A DNA stretch of 63,564 nucleotides, counting the filler, from Reticulomyxa filosa (lineage: Eukaryota > Protista > Foraminifera): NCBI GenBank assembly GCA_000512085.1. It is 26 parts of 26 records of this genome, joined end to end, with 100 filler letters (N's around TTAATTAATTAA, not from the genome) between each part and the next. Parts side by side here need not be neighbours in the genome. Positions count along the whole stretch, not along the records: positions 21,853 to 30,678 come from ASPP01018970.1; positions 30,779 to 32,157 come from ASPP01023241.1; positions 32,258 to 36,390 come from ASPP01024002.1; positions 36,491 to 38,721 come from ASPP01014088.1; positions 38,822 to 40,510 come from ASPP01029286.1; 21 more parts are not named here. One strand, 5' to 3'. Within the stretch, counting starts at the first letter, position 1; each line of letters opens with the position of its first letter. Below the pieces are notes generated by a model, which saw nothing but the letters and a program-made list of their open reading frames with translations, ran no database searches and was not told where the DNA came from. Below are positions 25,650 to 38,904 of the stretch, piece after piece. The position numbers were made by a program, and so were the translations under genes.

Positions 25650-28378
25650 ATGGAAGCATATGTAAATGACGGACTGAAAGTACACACGATAACGCTTTCA
25701 GAATTGACACTGGAAAGATTGCAACAACAAATTCTCCAATTCACTCAACCAACACATATAAATGACCTATTGATGACAATCACCGACAAAGATGGCACTC
25801 TCATTGAAACTGATACAAATGTGGTGTACGCATTTGAAAAAGATCCTGTAATTTTCACCGTCCAATTTGGAGCAAGTATTTTTTTACTTTTTCAAGATTT
25901 TTATGCTTTCTACAAGGAAAATAATATAATAAAATAGAGGATATATCGAAAAAGGATCAAACTGTAGAGTGTAAAAACGGAGCAATACCATCATATAAAG
26001 TAAAGCATCCATTAGTGTTATTAACTGGAACAATAAAATATGAACAAGGACAATATTTGGAAGATGTTAAACGTGACCTCTATTTATTGCGGACACTTTT
26101 TCGATCTAAGCTTGGCTACCAAGTATTCACTACTTACAGCCCACAGCACCCAAAGACCGAATCGCTTACCTTGTGTGATTTAGAAAATTTTATTAAGAAA
26201 CACCGTTTGGATTTGACAAGTACCCTCAATGAAAGCCATCCTTATGATGGGCTCATTTTTGTGTGGTGTGGGCGTGGAGAGGATGGATATACATTAATTA
26301 CAAGTGACAATAAAATTAAAGATTTGAAAGAAATCGAAAATGATTTTAAAACAGATTATTTTGTTGGAAAACCAAAAATATTTGTGATAATAACATTTAG
26401 TGTACGAACATTAAACCCAATTAAAATTAATCAAAATGATGAAAGTATTCAGGAGATAGCACCGCACAACCATGATGCAGATATATCAATTTTTGTCAAT
26501 ACAGCAGGTAAATATATTAACAATAGTTCAGGAAGCTATTTCACAGAAATACTTTGTCAAGTGATTGAAAATAACATGGAAAAGAGTTTGGAATGTATCA
26601 TCAAAATGGTATTTCATCAAATCTTCGAAAAGGAAAATGTACAACTTATTTCTGGTCCTCCTTCTGAGATCTATCTAACCATGAGATCCCAAAAACAACA
26701 GTCTAAGAATGATAACGACGACCACGTCGAATACGGACAAAAACGTAAGAGGGAAGATATTCCAGAAACGCTGAGCTTTAAAAAGTATTGGAACCGATAC
26801 TGGAGGAAAGCAAATGCAGAAGCAGCCAAAACTGTTGAACAGATGATGAATGATGATGAACGAGGGCTAGTGATTGTTGCCCAGAAAATTTCTGAATGGA
26901 AAATAGAGAAAGATAGTTCATCATGTGCTTCTTCGTTTATTACGTTGATAAACAATGGTAACATTATAAAAAAGCAATTTGATCAATACTGGATGTACGT
27001 GATAAAAACTAAATTAATAATATTGGATAATGTGAATATTGATGGAAATATGTACGTGATCAATTGCGAACTTCAGTGCAAAGAGAATGTCAATATCACA
27101 GTCCAAGTATTTGTTACTAAAAATGCTATTGTTCAGCAACACACAAGGCAATTTTTTTCGCCCATTTTATGGAATACCAAGATACATCATGATATTTCAT
27201 TACAACTTCAAGATCTTGAAAACAAAGGTGATGAATGCTCATCAAACAAACGATTTAACGATTCTATTATATATTTGCAAAATTACTTACAAATTTGTGT
27301 TGATACATTTGGATTCGATCATCCTTTTGTCGCTGTTTCATATAACATAATTGGGATTACATACGATGATAGCGAACAGCATGATAAAGCAATTCAACTG
27401 TTTGAAAAAGCATTAAAAATTATATTGAATATTTTTGGAAGTAATTGTATTTTTGTTGCTCAATTGTATCACAACATAGGAGATACATATTATAACAAGA
27501 AGCAGTATGACAAATCAATAGAATATTATGAAAAGGCTTTGAAAATTAGATTGGACATTTTTGGAGACAATCACGAAGATGTTGCTTGGTCATATAATAA
27601 TTTAGGAAATGCTTATCAAAATAAAAAACAATATGACAAAGCAATGGAGTTTTATGAAAGTGCATTAAAGATCAGAATAAATGTTTTTGGAGTTAATCAT
27701 GAAGATGTTGCTAGTTCATATTATTGTGTAGGATTTCTCAACGAACAAAGAGGACAGAATAACGAGGCAGTTGAATTCTATGAAAAGTGCTTAAAAATTA
27801 GACTGGAGATTTTTGGAAACAATCACAGCAGCGTTGCTGATTCTTATTATGCATTAGGCAATACTTATCGAAACGCAAAACAATATAGCAAAGCGATCGA
27901 ATTCTATGAAAAAACATTGAAAATTCGATTAGATATTTTTGGGATGAATCACTGTGATGTTGCTAATTCTTACAATAATTTGGGTATTTCCTACAATAGA
28001 AAAGGAGAGTATGATAAATCGATTGAATGCCATGAAAAGGCGTTGAAAATTAGATTGAATATTTATGGGCCCAATCATATTGATGTTGCTTCGTCATATA
28101 ATAATTTGGGAGTTGCTTATAATAACAATGAATATTATCATAAAGCAATTGAGTATCATGAAAATGCACTGAAGATAAGGAGACAAATATCCGGTTATGG
28201 AAGCAAAGACAGTGGGATGTCTTGCTGGAATTTGGGAAATATATTTGAAAAGATAGAGGATAAGGAAACAGCACGGAGATACTTTGAAGAGGCATGGAGA
28301 GCGATTAGCATTTTTGGGGGGGAATGGGATGCAGAGACAGTGCAAGCAAAAAAAAAAGTGGAAAATTTGGATAAGTAG
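25650..28378 (+). CDS. PB1/ubiquitin-like N-domain + caspase-like (C14) domain lacking the catalytic dyad + eight 42-aa TPR repeats; one intron at 25877-25937
   Basis: Exon 1 MEAYVNDG...ITDKDGTLIETD..VVYAF; PLVLLTG..KY...LEDVKRDL..LRTLF..KLGYQV, DGLIFVWCGRG, VGKPKIFVIITF and GSYFTEILCQVI (caspase fold); repeats of HxDVAxSYNNLGxxYxxKxxYDKAIExxEKALKIRLxIFGxN. Confidence 0.85.
27320..28327 (+). repeat. Tandem 126-bp coding repeats (eight kinesin-light-chain/nephrocystin-3-type TPR units)
   Basis: 42-aa periodicity from HPFVAVSYNIIG to SKDSGMSCWNLG. Confidence 0.9.
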
Positions 28379-30149
28379 TTTAGATAAATATCCACTTGTT
28401 GCAATCCATACTTTTTACAATTCCTGTGTTATCGTATCCAAATTCGAATTGCTTTGTCATAGCATAATATCAGTAACAAATAAGAAAAAGTCAAAATTAG
28501 AATATAATTGCATTATTGATCTTTAATTTGCACAATCGTATACTATATATTATTTGAAGAAAGCTATATTTTTCATTTATACAAAGAAAAATTAGTTAAA
28601 TTAAAAAGACATTAAGATTAACAAAATAATAGAAACAAATTTTTTTTCAAGCTTTGCACTAATTTATCAAGCAAATCATCTCAAACTTTCCTTCCGGTTT
28701 AATAATGGTGTGATTGCTTGAATAATAGACTAAATTGCTGAATCAAGTGACACAATACTGAACTAAAAAAAATTAAAATGTAGATTTCAAAGAAAGTGAT
28801 ATTAAACACCAAATGATCTATATGGACATGCTGGCTATGTTCATATCGAGATGAAGATAGTTTGCACTACTGAAGGAAAAGGCAGTCTGAGACTAAAAAA
28901 AAAGAAAGACATGTTCAAAGTGAACAAAAAAAATTCGTGATAAAATCTTTCATATAATCAACTTTTGTAAAAAAAGTTGTATTTTGAATGAGAAGCAATT
29001 CAAAGATTTTAACGATTTCGTATTGGACAAAGTTCGTGTCGAAAGAGGTTTAAAGACAAGATTTAAACAAAACAAAGTAATTTTTTTTACTAGTTGAAAA
29101 TTCAGATATCGTGATATATGTGTAAACTAACTCAACTGACCAAACGAATATGCGGGAACTAGTAGAACGGCAGTAACAAGCAAAACTAGCAAACAAAATT
29201 GAGCTATTATTGAATAGTAAGTCAAGTAACTTCAAGTCTTTTTTGATGAATAGTGGATGCAAGTTCGTTTGATATTGTTTTTAATTATATTCGAAATCTA
29301 TAAAAAGAATACTGAGTCACAGCCTGATGAAGAGAGGGGACCATATCTGTGAGCAACGCAACAATCGACAGTGATATAAAATTTTTTTAATATGTTAAAA
29401 CTGCACCGCGTATCTGACGGCCGAGGCAAGGTATTTTATCGGGACAAAATGTCACACATGGAATTTATATAATTTAATGGTAAGTCAGACATATTAACTT
29501 CACTTCAGAACATGTCTGCAACTAGTGAACTATTAAACAAGTTATGCATGTTGGCATTGGAAATTGAAATTAAATTATAGTGCGACGATTCCTTTGCTCT
29601 AACGCTCCAAAGAAATATTTTTTTTAGATGAAAAAAAGCAAAATATTGTAAAACAAGCACTTCACTCAAAGTTGAACAAAGTACTAAATGATACAATACG
29701 TTACAAAAAGTAACTAACAAATAACATTCATGCTTCAACATTGAAGAAATAATTTTACTTTAAAATTTGTTTTGGTGAAAACAAAACATTTTATACAATT
29801 CAAAATGATGTCAATTTAACCAACAAAACATTATAATCATCACACATTCGCATTGCTTACCTCTGTGTAGCTCAGAGGGAATCCAAAGGTCCCTTTGGGA
29901 TCACGCTCAGATTCTACGAGACTTCAGCAAATGATAGTATTATATGCTTCGAAAGTAAATATCAATCAATTTAAAATATATAAAAAATCAACAATATCAG
30001 TCACCAACACTAACAAAATTAAACATAAAATTTGTTGAAGCATTCTTGTTGGCCTTTTCGTTGCTTTCCGGGCCTTGCTCGGAGCCTTCGGCTCATCGTG
30101 TACTTTTGGCGCGAGCGCGTTCGGCATTAGCGCATGTTAATGAGATGCA

Positions 30150-30678
30150 CATCTAGTTTCCACAATCGATCCCCAATAATGAATTGTTTCATTGGCAGGG
30201 ACAATACATTGATATCTGAGAAGCAATTCTTGGATATTTGTCCACCAACTGTGACGTAATTCACTGTACCGCAAACATTCCATCAGTTCCTCACACCAAA
30301 TACAATCAAGATAATTTGATCTTTGTTATTATGCAAATAATCATTCAATCCAATTTTACCAGTAATCAATCGACAAATGATCTTGCGTTCGCTAAATGTC
30401 AATGAATGTAATACAATCTTTTCAAATGATTGAGCCTCCATAAGGCATTACATGCCTTGGAATATCAATCCAATGTCTATTTCATTTCTCTGTAAAGAAT
30501 TGATTATTCAGGATGCCATTCCAAATCTTGTATGCCAATACAAGATTATGACCATTGAATCGACCTGACAATCTGATACATTTGTGATACAACTTCAACT
30601 CTTCTTGTCTTCAAGAAGGAAGCTAGGAAAAACATTAATTGTGTCATAAGCAGTTTGGTTCATTACACCAAGAATTTT
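30150..30678 (-). mobile_element. Second degenerate LINE relic (post-RT region and C-terminal Cys-His region)
   Basis: Minus-strand fragments LHSLTFSERKIICRLITGKIGLNDYLH ... DCIWCEELMECLRYSELRHSW, related to the relic at 25010-25560 and to LINE ORF2 C-termini (RLRTGH..LN.YL...C..C...HFL..C). Confidence 0.6.
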
Positions 30679-30841
30679 NNNNNNNNNNNNNNNNNNNNNN
30701 NNNNNNNNNNNNNNNNNNNNNNTTAATTAATTAANNNNNNNNNNNNNNNNNNNNNNNNNNNNNNNNNNNNNNNNNNNNGAATTAAACACAATCATTTCTC
30801 TTTTCTCACTGTTGTGAATAGAAAAATAGATTGACATATAC

Positions 30842-31205
30842 ATCTGCGGTGTGGTTGTTGGATTAGTGACAGGGCTGGAATCGCGTCTGTTGGCAGAGCT
30901 AGATGATCCGCTGTTTATTATTTCATCAATATTCAATAGTTTCTCGTTTTCACTTTCACGCATTTTATTCGCCATTTTCAATAGCTTTTTCTTTGAAAGT
31001 AGATCCAATTGTACGTGTACAAAAGCTTCTTTCCATTGTTGTGACTCCAATGTTGCAATGTCTTCCCCTTGTATTACTTTTTCCTCTCGACGCAAGTAAG
31101 AGGCGAATTTTGAGGCGTTGTCACGATCTATTTTGACTGTGTTCTCTGCAAATATGTAAATATCTGTTCTTCTTCTTCATCTTCCTTTTCTATGCTTTCT
31201 GTCAT
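30842..31205 (-). CDS. Hypothetical protein, first exon (small helical N-terminal domain)
   Basis: Open frame MTESIEKEDEEEEQIFTYLQRTVKIDRDNASKFASYLRREEKV...TTTPQ followed by a GTAT donor. Confidence 0.5.
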
Positions 31206-32289
31206 TTCGATAATAAAATACGAACGCTCACATCAATTTTTACTTAAAAAACGGGTAGCAACCAAACTAACAAAAACCCAAGAGATCAACAAATTTGTAA
31301 TATTTCATGCGCAGACTTTAAGTTGTTTCATCTTATTTTTAAATTAGTGGAGTTTTCAATATTATTGATTTTAATACATTCTAAGAATATAAAATTCTTA
31401 CGAAAGAAAGAATTTTTTGAATTTTGCATTGTAGTCAGAGAAAATTTTTTTGTTCTTAGTAACTCTTGATTTTGATTTATCATCTACGCTCACTTGACGT
31501 GTTGGATAGCGTCATCACAACAAAAAACAATATTTGGTTCAAAAAAAGAAATTGCTCGTCAAAAACGCAAACTTTTAAGGTATCAAAAGATAACCAAAAA
31601 ATAAAAATATGCAACAAATAAAAAACGCAAAAGAGATTATCACAATAAAATAATAAGATACAGTAGAATAAAAGAAAGTGGATACTAAACGGCACTTTAT
31701 GAATATGATTATTTTCTCCTGAAAGAACACAATTTAATTAAAATTTTTTTGAAAATATACAGATCGTGTAGTTTTTAAATGTCGTTTTGGTTTTTATTTT
31801 ATCTTTCAAAATTTTTCAAAGATTTGAATTCTTTCATTTGATTTCTTGAAATTTTCGAAAAAAAGTTGACAGTCGCGTTTTTCTCGTATTCATGAAATTT
31901 GCAAATCCTTTTTTAAGCATTTTCATAAAATACCTTGTGAAAAAAATTTGTTTTGCTGCTTTTCAAAGATTTCTTTGAAGATTTTTATGGTTTATTCACG
32001 TATTTTCATCATTTCTGTCTGTTGATTTACATACATTATATTTTCATTGCTTTGTATCAAACACGCCAATATTTCGATGAATAACAAATAATTGCTGATT
32101 CCACTGACCTTAAAGAAACGTTTGTGTGGAATTCAAAAGTGCATAATGAAGATGAATNNNNNNNNNNNNNNNNNNNNNNNNNNNNNNNNNNNNNNNNNNN
32201 NTTAATTAATTAANNNNNNNNNNNNNNNNNNNNNNNNNNNNNNNNNNNNNNNNNNNNTTTAAAAAAAAAAAACTCTTCTTTTTTTTTGA

Positions 32290-32671
32290 AGGAACCGAAG
32301 AATCAAAACTTCTTCCATTGTGGTTTTCTTTTTATCCTTTTGGTGCTTTCTTGGGGTTACCACTGATTTTATTGATTGTGGAGTTAATACTGGAGACATG
32401 CCTTTTGCTTGAATTTTTTTGGCTTTTTGTGACGTCCTTTGGAGTTTGAGCTTCTGTTTGGCACATTTTTGTTCTCTGCTGATTCCTTCTTTGTCATTTC
32501 CGTATTCACGCCGATTGCAAGCTTTTTGCCTTGCTTCTTATGCTTTTTCTTCCCATTTGGACTGCTGTCTCCATTACTGGCTGTGTTCTTCGCTGTCTCA
32601 AATTTTGACGCAAGCGACGCCAGCTTGTTTTTCTTTTTCCCGCCTTTTTGTTGATTCGCGAGCTCGCTCAT
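32290..32671 (-). CDS. Lys-rich low-complexity hypothetical protein, 5' part
   Basis: ORF MSELANQQKGGKKKNKLASLASKFE...; no domain recognised. Confidence 0.35.
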
Positions 32672-33321
32672 TTTATTATTGTTTGTATTTATTATTTTAT
32701 TTTTGATTTTCTTGTTATTGTCTTTCTCCCTCTGGATGGACGCACAAGGTCTTTTAAATTATAAATCACACATTACCCATTTGGATTTGAATGGAGAATC
32801 CCTTTCATTTAAAGTTAAAAAAAAATTATCACAAAACTTTTAATCAATTTTTATTGCTGTGAGATTTTTTACAAATACAAAATATTTTTCAGCAATAATG
32901 CTACGTTTATTTCTTCAATTCATATCAACATTTATTAATCTTTCAATTTTAAATTTCCACAAGCTTTTCTTGATCAATAAAAAAAGAAATTAAATTCAAA
33001 ATGGACACACAAAAAAAAATTTTATTATTTAAAATATTTTCGTGATAATAGTTAGTTCGTTTTTACGAAAAAACTTTAGAGCTGTAATTTGATGTTTTTT
33101 CTTCAATATTACAAATCAATACTGGCCAAATTGTCAGATAATGTCTTGTTGCAATGCCTTTTTGGTTATTAAATTTGGAAATGACGTGCACTTGAGTGCA
33201 AGATGAGGTTTGTGTTTTTCTGGCGCAACGGGTACTCATAAGAAATCTTCAATCATTTTGGTTATCGAATATATTTCAATCCAAGCTTTGTTTATTTCTC
33301 TATAATAAACTAGCCATAAAC

Positions 33322-33997
<676 letters not shown>

Positions 33998-34514
33998 GTT
34001 GCACTGCCCTGAACCAACGAAAGATAATCGATTCCATGAAAAAAATACAACATGTAATTTTTCATTAGATAATTAAATTTTATTTGGATTTTTGTCATGT
34101 CTTAGAGTAATCAGACAAGAAAATCACAAGACAAAAGTTTATTTAATGTTTTTTAATAATACTTTAATTGATTGTACAAAAACTTGTTTTTATAAATTAG
34201 AATGTTGAAAATTTAAATCAAAAGATGTTTTTAAAAATGCAATTACTTTTATTATTTTCCGCGCGAGCCTTTATAAATCTTTTCTTTTCAAAAATATTTT
34301 AATATCTCCAAGGTTCAAAAATTAAAAGTAATAATAGGCCGGAGCGAAAAGTTAGACCACAAAAGGCTCGCTTAGTTAAAATGGAAAGGGAGCAGAAATA
34401 GGCCAAAACTAGGTGATTGTCAAATGAGAATTAGATTACTGACAAACAGGAATATTTTGCTTTTATTTGAAATAATACAAATTACACGTTCAAAACGAAC
34501 AACTTTACAAAATT

Positions 34515-36300
34515 TTAATTTTGGTTTGCGCAAGTATTAAAAGGAGCGCTAGATGTGACAGTCAACAATGTTTTCAAACCATTTTCATAATATTTTGGTT
34601 GCCCACCACCAACAAACACATCAACAATACGGTCTTCAATCACCACATTTGGTTCATACCATATACTATTTTCGTTCTGGAAACTGTTGAAATTGTGCAC
34701 ATATAACAAAGCCGTATATAAAAAAAAAAGTGAACCAAAAACAAAGTTGACTTAACACAGATGCTCGGTATCGTGGCGTTAAAATTAAGCTGACATCTAC
34801 AGATTGCCCTGCTTGAATGTATACTCTTTCGAAGTCAGCTAATCGGACATACGGAACAGGAACACTAGCATCAGCCTGTTGGACATAAAGTTGAACTACT
34901 TCATCACCATCCAAGCTTCCAGTGTTTGTAACGGTGACAGTGAATTTGACTACATCACAAGGCTGAATATTGTTATTGTTGCTGATGTTTGTTCTCAGAT
35001 TGGAATAAGAAAACGTGGTATAGCTCAAACCATAGCCAAACGGATACAGAGGTTCTCCGCGGTAATAACGATAGGTCACTCCGTTTTCGGCATATTCGTC
35101 CATTTCACCTGGAGTGGGCAAGTCATTAGTGGAATGATAATATGTCTAATCATACAACAACAGCAAAAAAGTTTATGTTTTCCATTCCCAGAGTTTAATG
35201 GATATATTATATCTTATGGTAAAAAGGGAGATAGCAATAAAACATGTTTATGTAAATCTATGTTTTGAATGATAAAGAAGCGAAAAAAACGATCACTAAC
35301 CACAGAGGCACGTCCGGCTGGATTCACACTTCCAAAAATAGCGTCAGCAATTCCAAATCCTCCACGCATTCCAGGATACCTTTGTTGAAAAAAAGAACAG
35401 AAAAAGGAAGATTTTTCCATCCCGTTAAAGACTCAAAAAAAAAAAAAAAAAAAAAAAACTTTAAATTTTTTTCATACCATCCGTCTAATACCACATCACA
35501 TTGAGATGCTGCTTTTTCCAAAGCTAATGTTCCACTATTCATCATTTGCAAAAACGATGTTGACAGTGGGTAACCAAAGAAACGAAACAAAGAGAGTACC
35601 CGTGAATCATTAAACAAATAAGTGGGATTTGACTTGGTGAGGTGACATTATATATACTTTCTACCAAGGCATTTTGTTGTCCCGGCAATTCGATGACTGT
35701 GCGATCATGTCCCTCACTTTCTTGTGTTTGATCTAAACCAATGATCACTATTACCGCACTCAATTGATTCGCCGCAGATGTTTGTTTGACCAATGATATG
35801 GCATTGGCAAAGTCGACAGTTGAAGGGCACGACACATTTTCGCATCCTTTTGTCCTCGCCCACGTATATTGCACATTACACATTACGAGATGGAAACAGA
35901 AATTCAAGTTTAAAAAAAAAAAGGTGCACTAAAATATCAATATACCGTATATATATATATATATAATTTGGTACACACCTGGTTGATACAAAACTCTGGA
36001 ATTGCCATTGTTTGGCTTGTTCAAGCACGCTCCACTGATGCGACCAGAGGAGTTTGTTTGACCTTGATTGGTTTGTTTCAAATAGCAATTGGATTCATAA
36101 TAAGTCCAATAGTTACAAAGATCGTCTTGGAAGCACAAGCTACAGCATTCAGTTGCGTCATACACTTCCTGTCCAGTTTGTCCAGCTTGATAAAAATCAA
36201 CATTGTTCAAAAAGGTGCAACTGGCATTTGAGGATTCACCCAGTGCTGATCGTAAGCCTTCCAAGATTGTCGTCACACCTTCGTCCGGATATGTTGCTTT
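34515..36300 (-). CDS. Glycoside hydrolase family 3 (beta-xylosidase/glucosidase) C-terminal half with an inserted PAN/apple domain and an Fn3-like domain, spliced, 5'-truncated
   Basis: TTILEGL, IIGLDQTQESEGHDRTVIELPGQQNALV, YPGMRGGFGIADAIFGSVNPAGR, TYRYYRGEPLYPFGYGLSYTTFSYSNL and VTNTGSLDGDEVVQLYV...LADFERV. Confidence 0.93.
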
Positions 36301-36914
36301 AATTTATTCATTCCAATTTACATCAAACGAAAACATTATTTTCAAGCGTATATAATTTTTTTTTTTTTTTTTTTTATCCTTTTCCTCTCTNNNNNNNNNN
36401 NNNNNNNNNNNNNNNNNNNNNNNNNNNNNNNNNNTTAATTAATTAANNNNNNNNNNNNNNNNNNNNNNNNNNNNNNNNNNNNNNNNNNNNTATTCAGTTT
36501 TTTTTGCAACCTACTGTGGTACATTTTTTGGTGACAATAAAGAAACTATGATTCGTCTTGTAAGGTCAATTAACACAGCAGAACTCTACTATTGCACACG
36601 ACACAACATTTAATCTGCAATTATGTGTTTCAAAGCTAGATTTTTTCCATTAATTGATCTATTAGTTTTACTATGTTTTAACACACATATACAAATACAT
36701 ATAAATTATATTATATAAATATAAATAAAAAATCTGATTCAAATAAATCACCAATGAATAATATCAATTTTTTAAAAATACTTTGAAAAATATAATGATT
36801 TATCATAAAGATGAACATATATATAATATATATCGTCTATTGATATAAATATAATATTATATATATTAAAAAATAATATTATTTGTTTATGTCATATTAT
36901 ATCTAAAAAATTAA

Positions 36915-37035
36915 GTCAAGTATTCAACGGACAAAATTATTTGTTGTCATCTATTGAATATTCACCATTACCAATGAACCATAATATGTATGGTTCAAAT
37001 ATCGTATGTTTTGGATAAGTTGTTCATATTTGGGT
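36915..37035 (+). pseudogene. Short eroded remnant of the same WD40 family
   Basis: caagtattcaacggac...attgaatattcacca...tcaaatatcgtatgt resembles the family segment QVFNGH...IEYSP...SNVIC. Confidence 0.45.
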
Positions 37036-37692
37036 ATAACTATTTTTTTCAATAAGAAATGAAAATTTTTTTAAAAGTTTGATTAAGGAAAAATAAGTTG
37101 ATATTAAATATGATTAATTTAATTGAACGAAATAATTAAAAGATTTGTTATATATTAATTCGTTGTTTAAAAAAATTAAAAAAGCTATGTTTATGTTTTT
37201 TAAAAATATAGCAATTGCTTATTTTTTAGTTAAAATCATCTCGTTTGATAGAACGACGGAAACCCAAGGAATACACGCAAGCAACAACAAAAAAAAAACA
37301 AAAGCAACATACAAATACTAAAGTTGTTATGTTATATGTTGTACAATTGTATCATTATCTATTAATTAGACAAGTAATTATGGAAAATATTGAGCAAATT
37401 TACAAAAAAATAAGATTATGAGCTTTTTCAAGATGAAAAGTTGAAAATGATAAATAAACATTGATGACTTAAATCACATAATTTAAATGTCAGTCAATTA
37501 TTAGATAACTGAAAAAATTTCTACTGTAACGTTAAAGAAAAATAGAATAAAAACTGTAAGCAACATAAATACAACAAAATCAAGCATATTCTAATTTGTT
37601 GTAGTTTTTTTAGTTCGAAGCAGTGAAAAATTGTCGCTGCTCTTTGGAAAAAAACATTGTTTTTTTTCTCCCCTATTGAATCTCGATTTGAG

Positions 37693-38145
37693 ATGTCCAA
37701 GTTGATCTTTTTTGTAATAAATTGGGCTATTCTAGCATTGGGTAGTTCCAATAGCATAACTTATCCCGACGAAATATGGATAGAAGCAACAGACTTGGAG
37801 CCGGAAACAGTACTCTACAACAACAACGACAGCACCTTTTATGTATCATCATTTAGTGAAGGAACGATCTATAAGGTGATTCCAAAAAATGGGGACATAA
37901 ACGATAACCCGTGGACAGTAGATTCAATATACTCAAGCAATGACCTGACGTCATCCACGGGTTTTCGTATCTTCAACAAGACGAAATTGTACATATGCAG
38001 CAACTCACTGCTGGCCGTGGGAGCATGGACAAGTGGAAACGCCGACGACATTAGTACATACAATGGGAAGCAAGGACAAGTTATTATTGTCGATTTGACA
38101 GACCCCTCACAAACGAGGACCATCACATTGCCAGATTTATCCAAC

Positions 38146-38146
<1 letters not shown>
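37693..38146 (+). CDS. Secreted beta-propeller protein (SMP-30/gluconolactonase or NHL-like), first exon
   Basis: Signal peptide MSKLIFFVINWAILALGSS; DLEPETVLYN...TFYVSSFSEGTIYKV, STGFRIF..KLYICS and VIIVDL are typical propeller-blade motifs. Confidence 0.55.
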
Positions 38147-38181
<35 letters not shown>

Positions 38182-38904
38182 GGTTTTTTTTTTTTTTTTT
38201 TTGGAGAGATATAGCTGACAGTAGAACACCGACAAATGACTCGTCGAGTAGCGGAACTGGAACAAAAAACCAGCGAACGCACCAAGACAATGTACGACGA
38301 GCGCCAACGCCGAATCAAAGCAAATCAAGAAAAAAATGAGGTTTGTATACAATATATATATGTATATACATATATATATTTATATTTATATTTAATTTTA
38401 TTATAAATATAAATATAAATATAAATGTAAACGGTTCATTCAGAAACAAAAAAGGGGTACGCCACATAATAAAAATAAAAATAAAAGATTCACGAAAAAT
38501 TGTTGAAAGTCCAAAAAATGGTGAATGCACGATTGAAGATACTCGGAATTGATCTTTCCACCAGTGACAATATGGCAGAAGCATTAGATGCGGCGTTACA
38601 GGCCATCCAAAAATTGACTGTTCAAGTATGTTGTTTTTGTCCATTTTGAAATATTATAAACGAACACGTCATTAATATAATGGACTAACAATTGCTATTG
38701 TTATTATGAAAAAAAAAAAAANNNNNNNNNNNNNNNNNNNNNNNNNNNNNNNNNNNNNNNNNNNNTTAATTAATTAANNNNNNNNNNNNNNNNNNNNNNN
38801 NNNNNNNNNNNNNNNNNNNNNGGGGGGGGGGGGGGGTCGTTGAGCTCCTTTTTTAAAAAAATGAGGGAAAAAATTTCGTTTGTTGTGTCCTTTCATCTTC
38901 AAAT

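Noticed and set aside
11980-28378. A physically clustered immunity island (RNF213-like, TRAF-MLLE, caspase-TPR)
   Set aside because: The genes lie on different contigs separated by artificial spacers, so their proximity carries no information
29310-29360. Hammerhead ribozyme suggested by CTGATGA inside a TCACAG...CTGTGA stem
   Set aside because: I could not find a correctly placed GAAA core, stem II or an NUH cleavage triplet
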